Source of the DNA: Escherichia coli
Lineage (GTDB): Bacteria > Pseudomonadota > Gammaproteobacteria > Enterobacterales > Enterobacteriaceae
Reading direction: 5' to 3' (one strand)
DNA length: 64,000 nucleotides
Assembly (NCBI RefSeq): GCF_003790525.1
Contig: NZ_CP033635.1
This document shows, one piece after another, positions 36,010 to 46,890 of this stretch. Each line of letters opens with the position of its first letter. Positions within the stretch are counted from its first letter, which is position 1. Both the position numbers and the translations under genes were made by a program. The notes under the pieces were generated by a model. The model was not told the origin of the DNA, ran no database searches, and saw nothing but the letters and a program-made list of their open reading frames with translations.

Positions 36010-37392
36010 TTATTGCTGCCAACCGCCGCCTAAGGCGGTATATAAAGAAATTTCGTTAACCTGACGGGCATAATTCAGGTCAAGTAAAGTTTGTCGGGTT
36101 GCAAATAAAGAACGCTCGGCATCCAGCACTTCCAGATAACTTACTGCGCCGTGCTGATATAATGCCCGCGCCCGTTGCAAAGTAATTTTCAGCGATGCCA
36201 GATAACGCTGCTGGGCGCTGATTTGATCGTTCAGGCTTTGACGTAATGCCAGCGCATCTGCCACTTCTTTAAAGGCATTCTGGATTTTCTGTTCATAATT
36301 CACCACCGACTGCTGCTGGCGAATTTCGGCGATATCCAGATTGGCCTGGTTGCGTCCGGCATTAAAAATGGGGATCTCAATTTTGGGTATAAAATTCCAC
36401 ATCCCGCTGCTGGCGTTAAATAATGACGACAGATCGCTACTGGCGGTCGATATTCCGCTGGTCAGGCTGATAGACGGGAAAAATGCCGCGCGTGCAGCGC
36501 CAATATTGGCATTAGCCGCCATTAACGCGTGTTCAGCTTCCATAATATCAGGGCGCTGCAATAAGATTTGCGACGGCAAGCCCGCCGGTAATTTAACGCT
36601 TTGCAGGCTGTCGCTGTTTACTGTCTGCGCTTGCGGCAGCTTGCCGTAGCTTCCCAATAACAGTTGCAATGCATTATTCGCCTGCGCCAGTTCCCCCTGA
36701 CGTTTAGCGATGTCGCTGCGGGTACTTTCTATCACCCCGCGAGCCTGTTCTAGCGCCAGAACATTGCTGCTACCGGTCAACAGTTGTTTTTCGACAAATG
36801 CATATGACTGCTGATAATTACGCAGCGTTTCTTCGGCTATTTGCAATTGCGCATACGCCAGTTGCTGATTGAAATAGCTTTGCGCGACATTAGAAACCAG
36901 CAGAATATGCACCGCGCGCTGAGCTTCCTCAGTAGCTAAATAATTTTGACGCTCGGCTTCGCTCATGTTCTTTAAGCGCCCGAAAAAATCGAGGTCAAAG
37001 CTGGCGTTAAGGCCGGTCGAAAACTCCCGTGTCGTGGCGGTATTCCCTTTAAGATTACCGCTCCAGCTGCCGCTGCCCTCGCCATTGAGCTGTGGGTAGC
37101 GGTCGGCATCGGTCAGACGATATTGCGCCCGTGCCTCCTGCACTTTCAGCGCCGCCATGCGCAAATCCCGGTTATTCACCAACGCCTCGCTAATCAGCGT
37201 CTTCACCTGATTATCAACAAAAAAGGTGCGCCAGCCCGCGTTCTGGTAGTTATCTGCTGCGTTAACCAGGCCGTTCTGGCTGAGTGAGAACTGCTGCGGC
37301 ACGGGCATTGCCGGACGCTGATAATCCGGTGCCAGTGAACAACCGGTTAGCGCAAGGGCCACACAAAATGGCAGAAGTTTACAAGGAGACAT
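36010..37392 (-). CDS. cusC: Outer-membrane efflux channel (lipoprotein) of the Cus system
   Basis: ORF starting MSPCKLLPFCVALALTGCSLAPDYQRP with a lipobox (LTGC); recognised as CusC. Confidence 0.93.
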   Translation of the reverse strand: MSPCKLLPFCVALALTGCSLAPDYQRPAMPVPQQFSLSQNGLVNAADNYQNAGWRTFFVDNQVKTLISEALVNNRDLRMAALKVQEARAQYRLTDADRYPQLNGEGSGSWSGNLKGNTATTREFSTGLNASFDLDFFGRLKNMSEAERQNYLATEEAQRAVHILLVSNVAQSYFNQQLAYAQLQIAEETLRNYQQSYAFVEKQLLTGSSNVLALEQARGVIESTRSDIAKRQGELAQANNALQLLLGSYGKLPQAQTVNSDSLQSVKLPAGLPSQILLQRPDIMEAEHALMAANANIGAARAAFFPSISLTSGISTASSDLSSLFNASSGMWNFIPKIEIPIFNAGRNQANLDIAEIRQQQSVVNYEQKIQNAFKEVADALALRQSLNDQISAQQRYLASLKITLQRARALYQHGAVSYLEVLDAERSLFATRQTLLDLNYARQVNEISLYTALGGGWQQ

Positions 37393-37462
37393 AGGCTCAT
37401 AATTTCTGGTGATTTTATGCCGCCAACTTTACTCGCCAGGCTCTGATTTTCCGGTGACAGGA

Positions 37463-37484
37463 AAATGACAAAATTGTCATTTTG
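37463..37484. promoter_or_regulatory. CusR operator (perfect palindrome) in the divergent cusC / cusR promoter region
   Basis: AAAATGACAAAATTGTCATTTT is a perfect inverted repeat located between cusC and cusR. Confidence 0.7.
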
Positions 37485-37548
37485 CCAATAAGCGATTGCC
37501 ATCTGATCCCGCTACTCTAGAATTGCCCGGGCAACATGCGGAGGAAAT

Positions 37549-38232
37549 ATGAAACTGTTGATTGTCGAAGATGAAAAGAAAACCGGAGAATACTTGACCA
37601 AAGGGTTAACCGAAGCCGGTTTTGTGGTCGATTTGGCCGACAACGGGCTGAATGGCTACCATCTGGCGATGACCGGTGATTATGATCTGATAATCCTCGA
37701 TATTATGCTGCCGGACGTGAACGGCTGGGATATCGTGCGCATGTTGCGTTCCGCCAATAAGGGGATGCCGATTCTGTTGCTTACCGCGCTTGGCACCATT
37801 GAACATCGCGTCAAGGGGCTGGAGTTGGGGGCGGATGACTATCTGGTTAAGCCGTTCGCTTTTGCTGAACTGCTGGCGCGGGTGCGCACTCTACTGCGGC
37901 GCGGGGCGGCGGTGATTATCGAAAGTCAGTTTCAGGTTGCCGATCTGATGGTCGATCTCGTCAGCCGCAAAGTCACCCGTAGCGGCACGCGCATCACGTT
38001 GACCAGTAAAGAATTTACTTTGCTGGAGTTTTTCCTCCGCCATCAGGGTGAAGTGCTGCCCCGCTCGCTTATCGCCTCGCAGGTGTGGGACATGAATTTC
38101 GACAGCGACACTAACGCCATTGATGTGGCGGTGAAGCGGCTACGCGGCAAAATCGACAACGACTTTGAGCCGAAGCTGATTCAGACCGTGCGCGGCGTGG
38201 GCTATATGCTTGAGGTGCCGGATGGTCAGTAA
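37549..38232 (+). CDS. cusR: Copper-responsive two-component response regulator (OmpR family)
   Basis: 227-aa [28 protein letters not shown]; recognised as CusR. Confidence 0.95.
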
Positions 38233-39664
38233 GCCATTTCAGCGCCCGTTTTCGCTGGCAACCCGTCTGACCTTTTTTATCAGCCTGGCCACCATCGCGG
38301 CGTTTTTCGCCTTTGCATGGATCATGATCCACTCGGTAAAAGTGCATTTTGCCGAGCAGGATATTAATGATTTAAAAGAGATTAGCGCCACCCTTGAACG
38401 GGTACTTAATCACCCTGACGAAACGCAAGCCCGACGCTTAATGACGCTGGAAGATATCGTCAGTGGTTATTCCAACGTGTTGATTTCTCTGGTAGATAGC
38501 CACGGTAAAACGGTGTATCACTCCCCCGGTGCGCCGGATATCCGCGAGTTTGCACGTGATGCCATACCCGATAAAGACGCTCGGGGCGGCGAGGTGTATC
38601 TCCTTTCCGGCCCGACAATGATGATGCCAGGCCACGGTCACGGACATATGGAACACAGCAACTGGCGGATGATTAACTTGCCGGTTGGCCCGCTGGTGGA
38701 CGGCAAACCGATTTATACGCTCTACATCGCGCTGTCTATCGATTTTCATCTTCATTACATTAATGATTTGATGAATAAACTTATTATGACCGCATCGGTA
38801 ATCAGCATTCTGATCGTCTTTATCGTGCTGTTGGCGGTACATAAAGGTCACGCGCCGATCCGCAGCGTCAGCCGTCAAATCCAGAACATTACCTCGAAAG
38901 ATCTCGACGTTCGCCTCGATCCACAGACCGTGCCCATTGAACTCGAACAACTGGTGCTGTCGTTCAACCATATGATCGAGCGTATTGAGGATGTCTTTAC
39001 CCGCCAGTCCAATTTCTCAGCGGATATCGCCCACGAAATTCGTACACCAATTACGAATCTCATAACGCAAACGGAAATCGCCCTCAGCCAGTCGCGCAGC
39101 CAGAAGGAGCTGGAAGATGTGCTCTACTCTAATCTCGAAGAGCTGACGCGAATGGCGAAAATGGTCAGCGATATGTTGTTTCTCGCCCAGGCCGATAACA
39201 ACCAGTTAATCCCCGAAAAGAAAATGCTCAACCTGGCGGATGAAGTCGGCAAAGTGTTCGATTTTTTCGAGGCGTTAGCGGAAGATCGCGGCGTGGAGTT
39301 GCGGTTTGTTGGTGACGAGTGTCAGGTTGCGGGCGATCCGCTGATGTTGCGTCGGGCGTTAAGCAACCTACTTTCTAATGCCCTGCGTTATACGCCAACC
39401 GGAGAGACAATTGTCGTGCGCTGCCAGACGGTCGATCACCTGGTGCAAGTTACCGTCGAAAACCCTGGTACGCCCATTGCGCCTGAGCACTTACCGCGAT
39501 TGTTTGACCGTTTCTACCGCATTGATCCTTCCCGCCAGCGAAAAGGCGAAGGTAGCGGTATTGGCCTGGCGATAGTGAAATCGATTGTTGTCGCGCATAA
39601 AGGCACGGTTGCGGTAACGTCAGATGCGCGGGGAACAAGGTTTGTTATCATATTACCCGCTTAA
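38222..39664 (+). CDS. cusS: Copper/silver-sensing histidine kinase
   Basis: 480-aa protein starting [10 protein letters not shown]; overlaps the cusR 3' end by 11 nt. Confidence 0.93.
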
Positions 39665-39813
39665 TCCTTCAGCAAACGGCAACTTTTATAACCAGTGTAA
39701 AAATAACGTGCCGCAATAATCCTACCTATTAATGATAAAAAGCTGTCACAATTCATAAAAAACTTTAATATACGCCACCCTAAACATAACCAGCGTTAAT
39801 GTAAGGTTTTTGT

Positions 39814-42051
39814 GTGGACTGGCTTCTTGATGTTTTTGCTACCTGGCTCTACGGCTTAAAAGTAATCGCGATAACGTTAGCGGTCATCATGTTCATCAGC
39901 GGGCTGGACGATTTTTTTATTGATGTCGTCTACTGGGTACGCCGCATTAAACGCAAGTTGAGTGTTTATCGCCGCTACCCGCGAATGAGTTACCGCGAAC
40001 TGTATAAACCAGATGAAAAACCGTTAGCGATTATGGTTCCGGCGTGGAATGAAACGGGCGTCATCGGCAATATGGCCGAGCTGGCGGCGACCACGCTCGA
40101 CTACGAAAACTATCATATCTTTGTTGGCACCTACCCCAACGACCCCGATACTCAGCGTGATGTTGACGAAGTGTGCGCTCGCTTCCCGAACGTGCATAAG
40201 GTAGTCTGCGCGCGTCCTGGCCCCACCAGCAAAGCCGACTGTCTGAACAACGTGCTGGACGCCATCACCCAATTTGAACGTAGCGCCAATTTCGCTTTTG
40301 CTGGTTTTATTCTGCATGACGCCGAAGATGTGATTTCACCGATGGAATTGCGTCTGTTCAACTATCTGGTCGAGCGTAAAGATCTGATTCAGATCCCAGT
40401 GTATCCGTTCGAACGCGAATGGACGCACTTCACCAGCATGACTTACATTGATGAGTTTTCAGAACTGCATGGCAAAGATGTTCCGGTGCGTGAAGCCCTC
40501 GCCGGACAGGTGCCCAGCGCAGGCGTCGGCACCTGTTTCAGCCGCCGCGCCGTGACCGCTCTGTTAGCTGACGGTGACGGTATTGCTTTCGACGTGCAGA
40601 GTCTGACTGAAGATTACGATATTGGCTTCCGCCTGAAAGAAAAAGGTATGACGGAAATTTTTGTCCGTTTTCCGGTGGTGGACGAAGCCAAAGAACGCGA
40701 GCAGCGTAAATTTTTACAGCACGCACGGACGTCAAACATGATCTGCGTGCGCGAATATTTCCCCGATACCTTTTCGACTGCGGTTCGACAAAAATCTCGC
40801 TGGATCATCGGCATTGTTTTCCAGGGCTTTAAAACCCACAAATGGACCTCCAGCCTGACGCTGAACTACTTTCTCTGGCGCGACCGCAAAGGGGCAATCA
40901 GTAACTTTGTCAGCTTCCTCGCGATGCTGGTGATGATCCAGCTTTTGCTGTTACTGGCGTATGAAAGTTTGTGGCCCGATGCCTGGCATTTCCTTTCTAT
41001 TTTCAGCGGCAGCGCATGGTTAATGACCCTGCTGTGGCTAAACTTTGGTTTGATGGTTAACCGCATCGTGCAGCGGGTGATTTTTGTCACTGGCTACTAC
41101 GGTCTGACGCAGGGGCTGCTATCTGTCCTGCGTCTTTTCTGGGGTAACCTGATTAACTTCATGGCCAACTGGCGCGCGTTAAAACAGGTACTTCAACACG
41201 GCGATCCGCGTCGAGTGGCGTGGGATAAAACAACGCATGACTTCCCCAGCGTGACTGGCGATACCCGCTCGTTGCGCCCGTTAGGTCAAATCCTGCTGGA
41301 AAATCAGGTCATCACTGAAGAACAACTCGATACAGCACTGCGTAATCGCGTCGAAGGTCTACGCCTGGGCGGTTCAATGCTGATGCAGGGGCTGATTAGC
41401 GCCGAGCAACTGGCACAGGCGCTGGCAGAGCAAAACGGCGTGGCGTGGGAATCCATCGATGCCTGGCAGATCCCTTCCTCGCTGATTGCCGAAATGCCGG
41501 CCTCCGTGGCGCTGCATTATGCGGTACTGCCGCTGCGTCTGGACAATGATGAGTTAATTGTCGGCAGTGAAGATGGTATTGACCCGGTTTCGCTGGCGGC
41601 CCTGACGCGTAAAGTCGGACGCAAAGTGCGTTACGTCATTGTTCTGCGGGGACAAATTGTCACCGGATTACGCCACTGGTATGCACGCCGACGCGGTCAC
41701 GATCCGCGGGCAATGTTGTACAATGCAGTTCAGCATCAGTGGCTCACGGAACAGCAGGCCGGTGAAATCTGGCGGCAATATGTGCCGCATCAGTTCCTGT
41801 TCGCCGAAATACTGACCACGCTCGGTCATATTAATCGTTCAGCAATTAACGTGTTGTTATTGCGCCATGAACGCAGTTCTCTGCCGCTCGGCAAGTTTTT
41901 GGTCACCGAAGGCGTTATCAGCCAGGAAACGTTGGATCGCGTCCTGACAATTCAACGCGAATTACAAGTTTCGATGCAATCACTATTACTCAAAGCAGGT
42001 TTAAACACAGAAAAGGTTGCGCAACTGGAGTCCGAAAATGAAGGAGAATAA
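39814..42051 (+). CDS. nfrB: Inner-membrane glycosyltransferase NfrB (phage N4 adsorption protein B; c-di-GMP-binding)
   Basis: 745-aa ORF with a GTG start, an N-terminal membrane/GT2 region and a C-terminal soluble domain; matches remembered NfrB. Confidence 0.93.
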   Translation: MDWLLDVFATWLYGLKVIAITLAVIMFISGLDDFFIDVVYWVRRIKRKLSVYRRYPRMSYRELYKPDEKPLAIMVPAWNETGVIGNMAELAATTLDYENYHIFVGTYPNDPDTQRDVDEVCARFPNVHKVVCARPGPTSKADCLNNVLDAITQFERSANFAFAGFILHDAEDVISPMELRLFNYLVERKDLIQIPVYPFEREWTHFTSMTYIDEFSELHGKDVPVREALAGQVPSAGVGTCFSRRAVTALLADGDGIAFDVQSLTEDYDIGFRLKEKGMTEIFVRFPVVDEAKEREQRKFLQHARTSNMICVREYFPDTFSTAVRQKSRWIIGIVFQGFKTHKWTSSLTLNYFLWRDRKGAISNFVSFLAMLVMIQLLLLLAYESLWPDAWHFLSIFSGSAWLMTLLWLNFGLMVNRIVQRVIFVTGYYGLTQGLLSVLRLFWGNLINFMANWRALKQVLQHGDPRRVAWDKTTHDFPSVTGDTRSLRPLGQILLENQVITEEQLDTALRNRVEGLRLGGSMLMQGLISAEQLAQALAEQNGVAWESIDAWQIPSSLIAEMPASVALHYAVLPLRLDNDELIVGSEDGIDPVSLAALTRKVGRKVRYVIVLRGQIVTGLRHWYARRRGHDPRAMLYNAVQHQWLTEQQAGEIWRQYVPHQFLFAEILTTLGHINRSAINVLLLRHERSSLPLGKFLVTEGVISQETLDRVLTIQRELQVSMQSLLLKAGLNTEKVAQLESENEGE

Positions 42052-45010
42052 CCTTAATCGCGTCATCGGATGGTCTGGTTTACTGCTGACGTCTTTATTG
42101 AGTACCAGCGCACTCGCAGACAATATCGGCACCAGCGCAGAAGAGCTGGGGCTGAGCGATTATCGCCATTTTGTTATTTATCCCCGTCTCGACAAGGCGC
42201 TGAAGGCACAGAAAAATAACGACGAAGCAACCGCCATCCGCGAATTTGAATATATACACCAACAGGTGCCGGATAATATTCCACTAACTTTATACCTTGC
42301 GGAAGCCTATCGCCATTTTGGTCATGATGACCGGGCGCGGCTGTTGCTTGAGGATCAACTGAAACGTCACCCAGGAGATGCCCGACTTGAGCGCAGTCTG
42401 GCGGCTATTCCAGTTGAAGTGAAAAGCGTTACGACTGTTGAAGAACTGCTTGCCCAGCAAAAAGCGTGCGACGCTGCGCCGACCCTGCGTTGTCGCAGTG
42501 AAGTTGGGCAGAATGCCCTGCGGCTGGCACAATTACCTGTCGCCAGAGCGCAACTGAACGATGCGACGTTTGCTGCATCGCCGGAAGGAAAAACGCTGCG
42601 AACCGATCTGCTGCAACGCGCAATCTACCTGAAACAATGGTCCCAGGCAGATACGCTATACAATGAAGCACGCCAGCAGAACACATTAAGCGCGGCAGAA
42701 CGCCGCCAGTGGTTTGATGTGCTTCTTGCCGGGCAGCTGGACGATCGGATCCTGGCGCTGCAATCACAGGGGATCTTCACCGATCCGCAGTCATATATTA
42801 CTTACGCGACCGCGCTGGCTTATCGTGACGAAAAAGCACGCCTCCAGCGTTATCTCATTGAAAATAAGCCGCTGTTTACCACGGACGCACAAGAGAAAAG
42901 TTGGCTCTATCTGTTATCTAAATACAGCGCCAACCCCGTTCCGGCGTTGGCGAATTATACGGTACAGTTTGCCGATAACCGCCAGTATGTTGTTGGCGCG
43001 ACGCTACCGGTGCTGTTAAAAGAAGGTCAGTACGACGCAGCGCAAAAACTGCTCGCCACCCTCCCCGCCAATGAAATGCTTGAGGAGCGTTATACCGTTA
43101 GCGTAGCGACCCATAACAAGGCTGAAGCTCTGCGTCTGGCACGATTGCTGTATCAGCAAGAACCGGCAAATCTTACCCGCCTGGATCAACTGACCTGGCA
43201 ACTGATGCAGAACGAGCAGTCACGCGAAGCTGCCGATTTATTGCTGCAACGCTATCCTTTCCAGGGCGATGCGCGTGTCAGCCAGACGTTAATGGCGCGA
43301 CTGGCGTCTCTGCTGGAAAGTCATCCTTACCTGGCAACGCCGGCGAAGGTGGCGATTTTATCGAAACCCTTACCGCTGGCGGAGCAACGTCAGTGGCAAA
43401 GTCAGTTGCCGGGTATTGCAGATAATTGCCCGGCTATAGTTCGCTTGCTGGGCGATATGTCGCCTTCCTACGATGCCGCCGCCTGGAACCGTCTGGCAAA
43501 GTGTTATCGGGACACGCTACCCGGTGTGGCGTTGTATGCATGGCTTCAGGCCGAACAACGACAACCGAACGCCTGGCAACATCGTGCGGTAGCCTATCAG
43601 GCGTATCAGGTTGAGGACTACGCCACCGCACTGGCGGCCTGGCAGAAAATCAGTCTTCACGACATGAGCAATGAGGATCTGCTTGCTGCTGCCAATACCG
43701 CCCAGGCGGCAGGAAATGGCGCAACTCGCGATCGCTGGCTTCAGCAGGCAGAACAACGTGGGCTGGGAAACAATGCCCTCTACTGGTGGCTGCATGCGCA
43801 ACGTTACATTCCTGGTCAGCCGGAACTCGCACTGAACGATCTCACGCGCTCAATCAATATTGCGCCTTCTGCCAACGCTTACGTTGCGCGGGCGACAATT
43901 TATCGCCAACGTCATAATGTCCCGGCGGCGGTGAGTGATTTGCGCGCCGCGCTGGAACTGGAACCGAATAATAGCAACACCCAGGCAGCGCTCGGTTACG
44001 CCTTGTGGGATAGCGGTGATATCGCACAGTCGCGGGAAATGCTCGAACAGGCGCATAAAGGGCTACCGGACGATCCGGCACTTATCCGACAACTGGCCTA
44101 CGTGAACCAGCGTCTGGATGACATGCCTGCGACGCAGCACTACGCCCGGCTGGTGATTGATGACATTGATAATCAGGCGCTGATAACCCCACTGACCCCA
44201 GAGCAAAATCAGCAACGCTTCAATTTCCGCCGTCTGCATGAGGAGGTCGGTCGCCGCTGGACGTTCAGTTTCGATTCTTCTATCGGCTTGCGTTCCGGCG
44301 CAATGAGTACCGCTAACAATAATGTCGGCGGCGCAGCGCCAGGGAAAAGCTATCGTAGCTACGGGCAACTGGAAGCCGAGTATCGCATCGGACGCAATAT
44401 GCTGCTGGAAGGCGACCTGCTCTCGGTTTACAGCCGTGTATTTGCCGATACCGGAGAAAACGGGGTGATGATGCCGGTGAAAAATCCGATGTCCGGCACC
44501 GGTCTGCGCTGGAAGCCGCTGCGCGATCAGATCTTTTTCCTCGCCGTCGAACAGCAGTTGCCGCTGAACGGCCAAAATGGTGCATCCGATACCATGCTGC
44601 GCGCCAGCGCCTCATTCTTTAATGGCGGCAAATACAGCGACGAATGGCACCCGAACGGTTCAGGCTGGTTTGCCCAAAACCTGTACCTCGATGCAGCGCA
44701 ATATATCCGCCAGGATATTCAGGCGTGGACGGCAGATTATCGCGTCAGCTGGCATCAGAAGGTAGCTAACGGACAGACTATTGAGCCTTACGCTCACGTT
44801 CAGGACAACGGCTATCGTGATAAAGGCACTCAGGGCGCGCAGCTTGGCGGTGTCGGGGTCCGCTGGAATATCTGGACCGGCGAGACGCACTACGACGCCT
44901 GGCCGCACAAAGTCAGTCTCGGCGTCGAGTATCAACATACCTTTAAGGCGATTAATCAACGTAACGGAGAGCGCAACAATGCGTTTCTCACCATTGGAGT
45001 GCACTGGTAA
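42038..45010 (+). CDS. nfrA: Outer-membrane TPR-rich protein NfrA (phage N4 adsorption protein A)
   Basis: 990-aa protein starting MKENNLNRVIGWSGLLLTSLLSTSALA (signal peptide); overlaps the nfrB 3' end by 14 nt. Confidence 0.93.
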   Translation: MKENNLNRVIGWSGLLLTSLLSTSALADNIGTSAEELGLSDYRHFVIYPRLDKALKAQKNNDEATAIREFEYIHQQVPDNIPLTLYLAEAYRHFGHDDRARLLLEDQLKRHPGDARLERSLAAIPVEVKSVTTVEELLAQQKACDAAPTLRCRSEVGQNALRLAQLPVARAQLNDATFAASPEGKTLRTDLLQRAIYLKQWSQADTLYNEARQQNTLSAAERRQWFDVLLAGQLDDRILALQSQGIFTDPQSYITYATALAYRDEKARLQRYLIENKPLFTTDAQEKSWLYLLSKYSANPVPALANYTVQFADNRQYVVGATLPVLLKEGQYDAAQKLLATLPANEMLEERYTVSVATHNKAEALRLARLLYQQEPANLTRLDQLTWQLMQNEQSREAADLLLQRYPFQGDARVSQTLMARLASLLESHPYLATPAKVAILSKPLPLAEQRQWQSQLPGIADNCPAIVRLLGDMSPSYDAAAWNRLAKCYRDTLPGVALYAWLQAEQRQPNAWQHRAVAYQAYQVEDYATALAAWQKISLHDMSNEDLLAAANTAQAAGNGATRDRWLQQAEQRGLGNNALYWWLHAQRYIPGQPELALNDLTRSINIAPSANAYVARATIYRQRHNVPAAVSDLRAALELEPNNSNTQAALGYALWDSGDIAQSREMLEQAHKGLPDDPALIRQLAYVNQRLDDMPATQHYARLVIDDIDNQALITPLTPEQNQQRFNFRRLHEEVGRRWTFSFDSSIGLRSGAMSTANNNVGGAAPGKSYRSYGQLEAEYRIGRNMLLEGDLLSVYSRVFADTGENGVMMPVKNPMSGTGLRWKPLRDQIFFLAVEQQLPLNGQNGASDTMLRASASFFNGGKYSDEWHPNGSGWFAQNLYLDAAQYIRQDIQAWTADYRVSWHQKVANGQTIEPYAHVQDNGYRDKGTQGAQLGGVGVRWNIWTGETHYDAWPHKVSLGVEYQHTFKAINQRNGERNNAFLTIGVHW

Positions 45011-45901
45011 ATGCGTAAGTTCATTTTCGTATTGCTGACACTGCTTTTGGTCAGCCCTTTTTCCTTTGCGATGAAAGGTATTATCTGGCAACCACAAAAC
45101 CGTGATAGTCAGGTTACCGATACCCAGTGGCAGGGGCTGATGAGTCAGTTACGTTTGCAAGGCTTCGATACCCTGGTTTTGCAATGGACTCGTTACGGCG
45201 ATGCATTCACCCAGCCAGAACAGCGCGCGTTATTGTTTAAGCGTGCCGCAGCTGCGCAACAGGCTGGCCTGAAGCTGATTGTCGGGCTGAATGCCGATCC
45301 GGAATTTTTTATGCACCAGAAACAGTCGTCTGCAGCGCTGGAAAGCTATCTTAACCGCCTGCTGGCTGCCGATCTCCAGCAAGCCAGATTATGGAGCGCC
45401 GTACCTGGCGTAACGCCGGATGGCTGGTACATCAGCGCGGAAATTGACGACCTGAACTGGCGCAGCGAAGCCGCCCGTCAGCCTTTGCTAACATGGTTAA
45501 ACAACGCGCAGCGGTTGATTAGCGATGTTTCAGCAAAACCGGTTTATATCAGTAGTTTTTTCGCCGGAAACATGTCGCCCGATGGCTATCGCCAACTGCT
45601 GGAACACGTTAAAGCAACCGGCGTTAATGTCTGGGTACAGGATGGCAGCGGCGTGGATAAACTGACCGCTGAACAGCGTGAACGCTATCTACAGGCCAGC
45701 GCCGATTGCCAAAGCTCCGCCCCAGCAAGCGGCATTGTTTATGAACTGTTTGTCGCCGGCAAAGGCAAAACCTTTACAGCGAAACCGAAACCGGACGCAG
45801 AAATTGCCTCGCTGTTAGCGAAACGTTCCTCTTGCGGTAAAGACACGCTCTATTTCTCTCTGCGCTATTTGCCCGTCGCGCACGGCATTCTCGAGTATTA
45901 A
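45011..45901 (+). CDS. ybcH: Periplasmic protein YbcH, third member of the nfrB-nfrA-ybcH unit
   Basis: 296-aa ORF with a signal peptide; its ATG directly abuts the nfrA TAA stop. Confidence 0.9.
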   Translation: MRKFIFVLLTLLLVSPFSFAMKGIIWQPQNRDSQVTDTQWQGLMSQLRLQGFDTLVLQWTRYGDAFTQPEQRALLFKRAAAAQQAGLKLIVGLNADPEFFMHQKQSSAALESYLNRLLAADLQQARLWSAVPGVTPDGWYISAEIDDLNWRSEAARQPLLTWLNNAQRLISDVSAKPVYISSFFAGNMSPDGYRQLLEHVKATGVNVWVQDGSGVDKLTAEQRERYLQASADCQSSAPASGIVYELFVAGKGKTFTAKPKPDAEIASLLAKRSSCGKDTLYFSLRYLPVAHGILEY

Positions 45902-46083
45902 ATCTCCTCCAGGTAAGTCGGGTACGACCTGGCTTACCTCTTTCGCTCTCGTCAGAATTCCATCAAGATTAATTGCTAAAAAGCGTGCTAAAGAAAGAAG
46001 ATCGTTATCGGCGAACGGGCCGATCACTCATGCAGGAAGCATAGATCCTTTGAGCGGAGTTTCTGATATCTGAGGAGTGCGAA

Positions 46084-46845
46084 ATGCAATTGAGCAGCAG
46101 TGAACCTTGCGTGGTGATCCTGACCGAAAAAGAGGTAGAGGTAAGCGTCAATAACCATGCTACGTTTACCCTTCCGAAAAACTACCTGGCCGCCTTCGCG
46201 TGCAACAATAACGTCATTGAACTCTCAACGTTAAATCACGTATTAATCACCCACATCAACCGTAACATCATCAACGATTATCTGTTGTTTTTAAATAAGA
46301 ACTTAACCTGTATAAAGCCCTGGTCGCGGCTGGCAACTCCGGTTATCGCTTGTCATAGCCGTACACCGGAAGTGTTCCGGCTAGCCGCCAACCACAGCAA
46401 GCAGCAACCCAGCAAACCCTGCGAAGCGGAGTTGACGCGCGCATTGCTTTTTACCGTATTGTCTAACTTTCTTGAGCAATCGCGGTTTATTGCCCTACTG
46501 ATGTATATCTTACGCAGCAGCGTCCGCGACAGCGTCTGCCGCATTATTCAAAGCGATATTCAGCATTACTGGAATCTGCGAATTGTCGCCAGTTCGCTAT
46601 GTTTAAGCCCCAGCCTGCTCAAAAAGAAATTAAAAAACGAAAATACCAGCTATAGCCAGATTGTCACAGAGTGTCGTATGCGTTACGCCGTACAGATGTT
46701 ATTGATGGATAACAAAAATATCACTCAGGTAGCGCAATTATGTGGCTATAGCAGCACGTCGTACTTTATCTCTGTTTTTAAGGCGTTTTACGGCCTGACA
46801 CCGTTGAATTATCTCGCCAAACAGCGACAAAAAGTGATGTGGTGA
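46084..46845 (+). CDS. envY: AraC-family transcriptional regulator of porin thermoregulation
   Basis: 253-aa ORF MQLSSSEPCVVILTEKEVEV with a C-terminal AraC helix-turn-helix; recognised as EnvY. Confidence 0.9.
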   Translation: MQLSSSEPCVVILTEKEVEVSVNNHATFTLPKNYLAAFACNNNVIELSTLNHVLITHINRNIINDYLLFLNKNLTCIKPWSRLATPVIACHSRTPEVFRLAANHSKQQPSKPCEAELTRALLFTVLSNFLEQSRFIALLMYILRSSVRDSVCRIIQSDIQHYWNLRIVASSLCLSPSLLKKKLKNENTSYSQIVTECRMRYAVQMLLMDNKNITQVAQLCGYSSTSYFISVFKAFYGLTPLNYLAKQRQKVMW

Positions 46846-46890
46846 AGGGCAAAGCGGAAACGGATAAGACGGGGATAAATGAAGAAGAAA

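Noticed and set aside
46846-46890. Second partial argU copy (pauD-like att remnant) or integrase fragment between envY and argU
   Set aside because: The 45-bp spacer contains no tRNA-like segment and no ORF, consistent with an unoccupied site rather than a degraded prophage.
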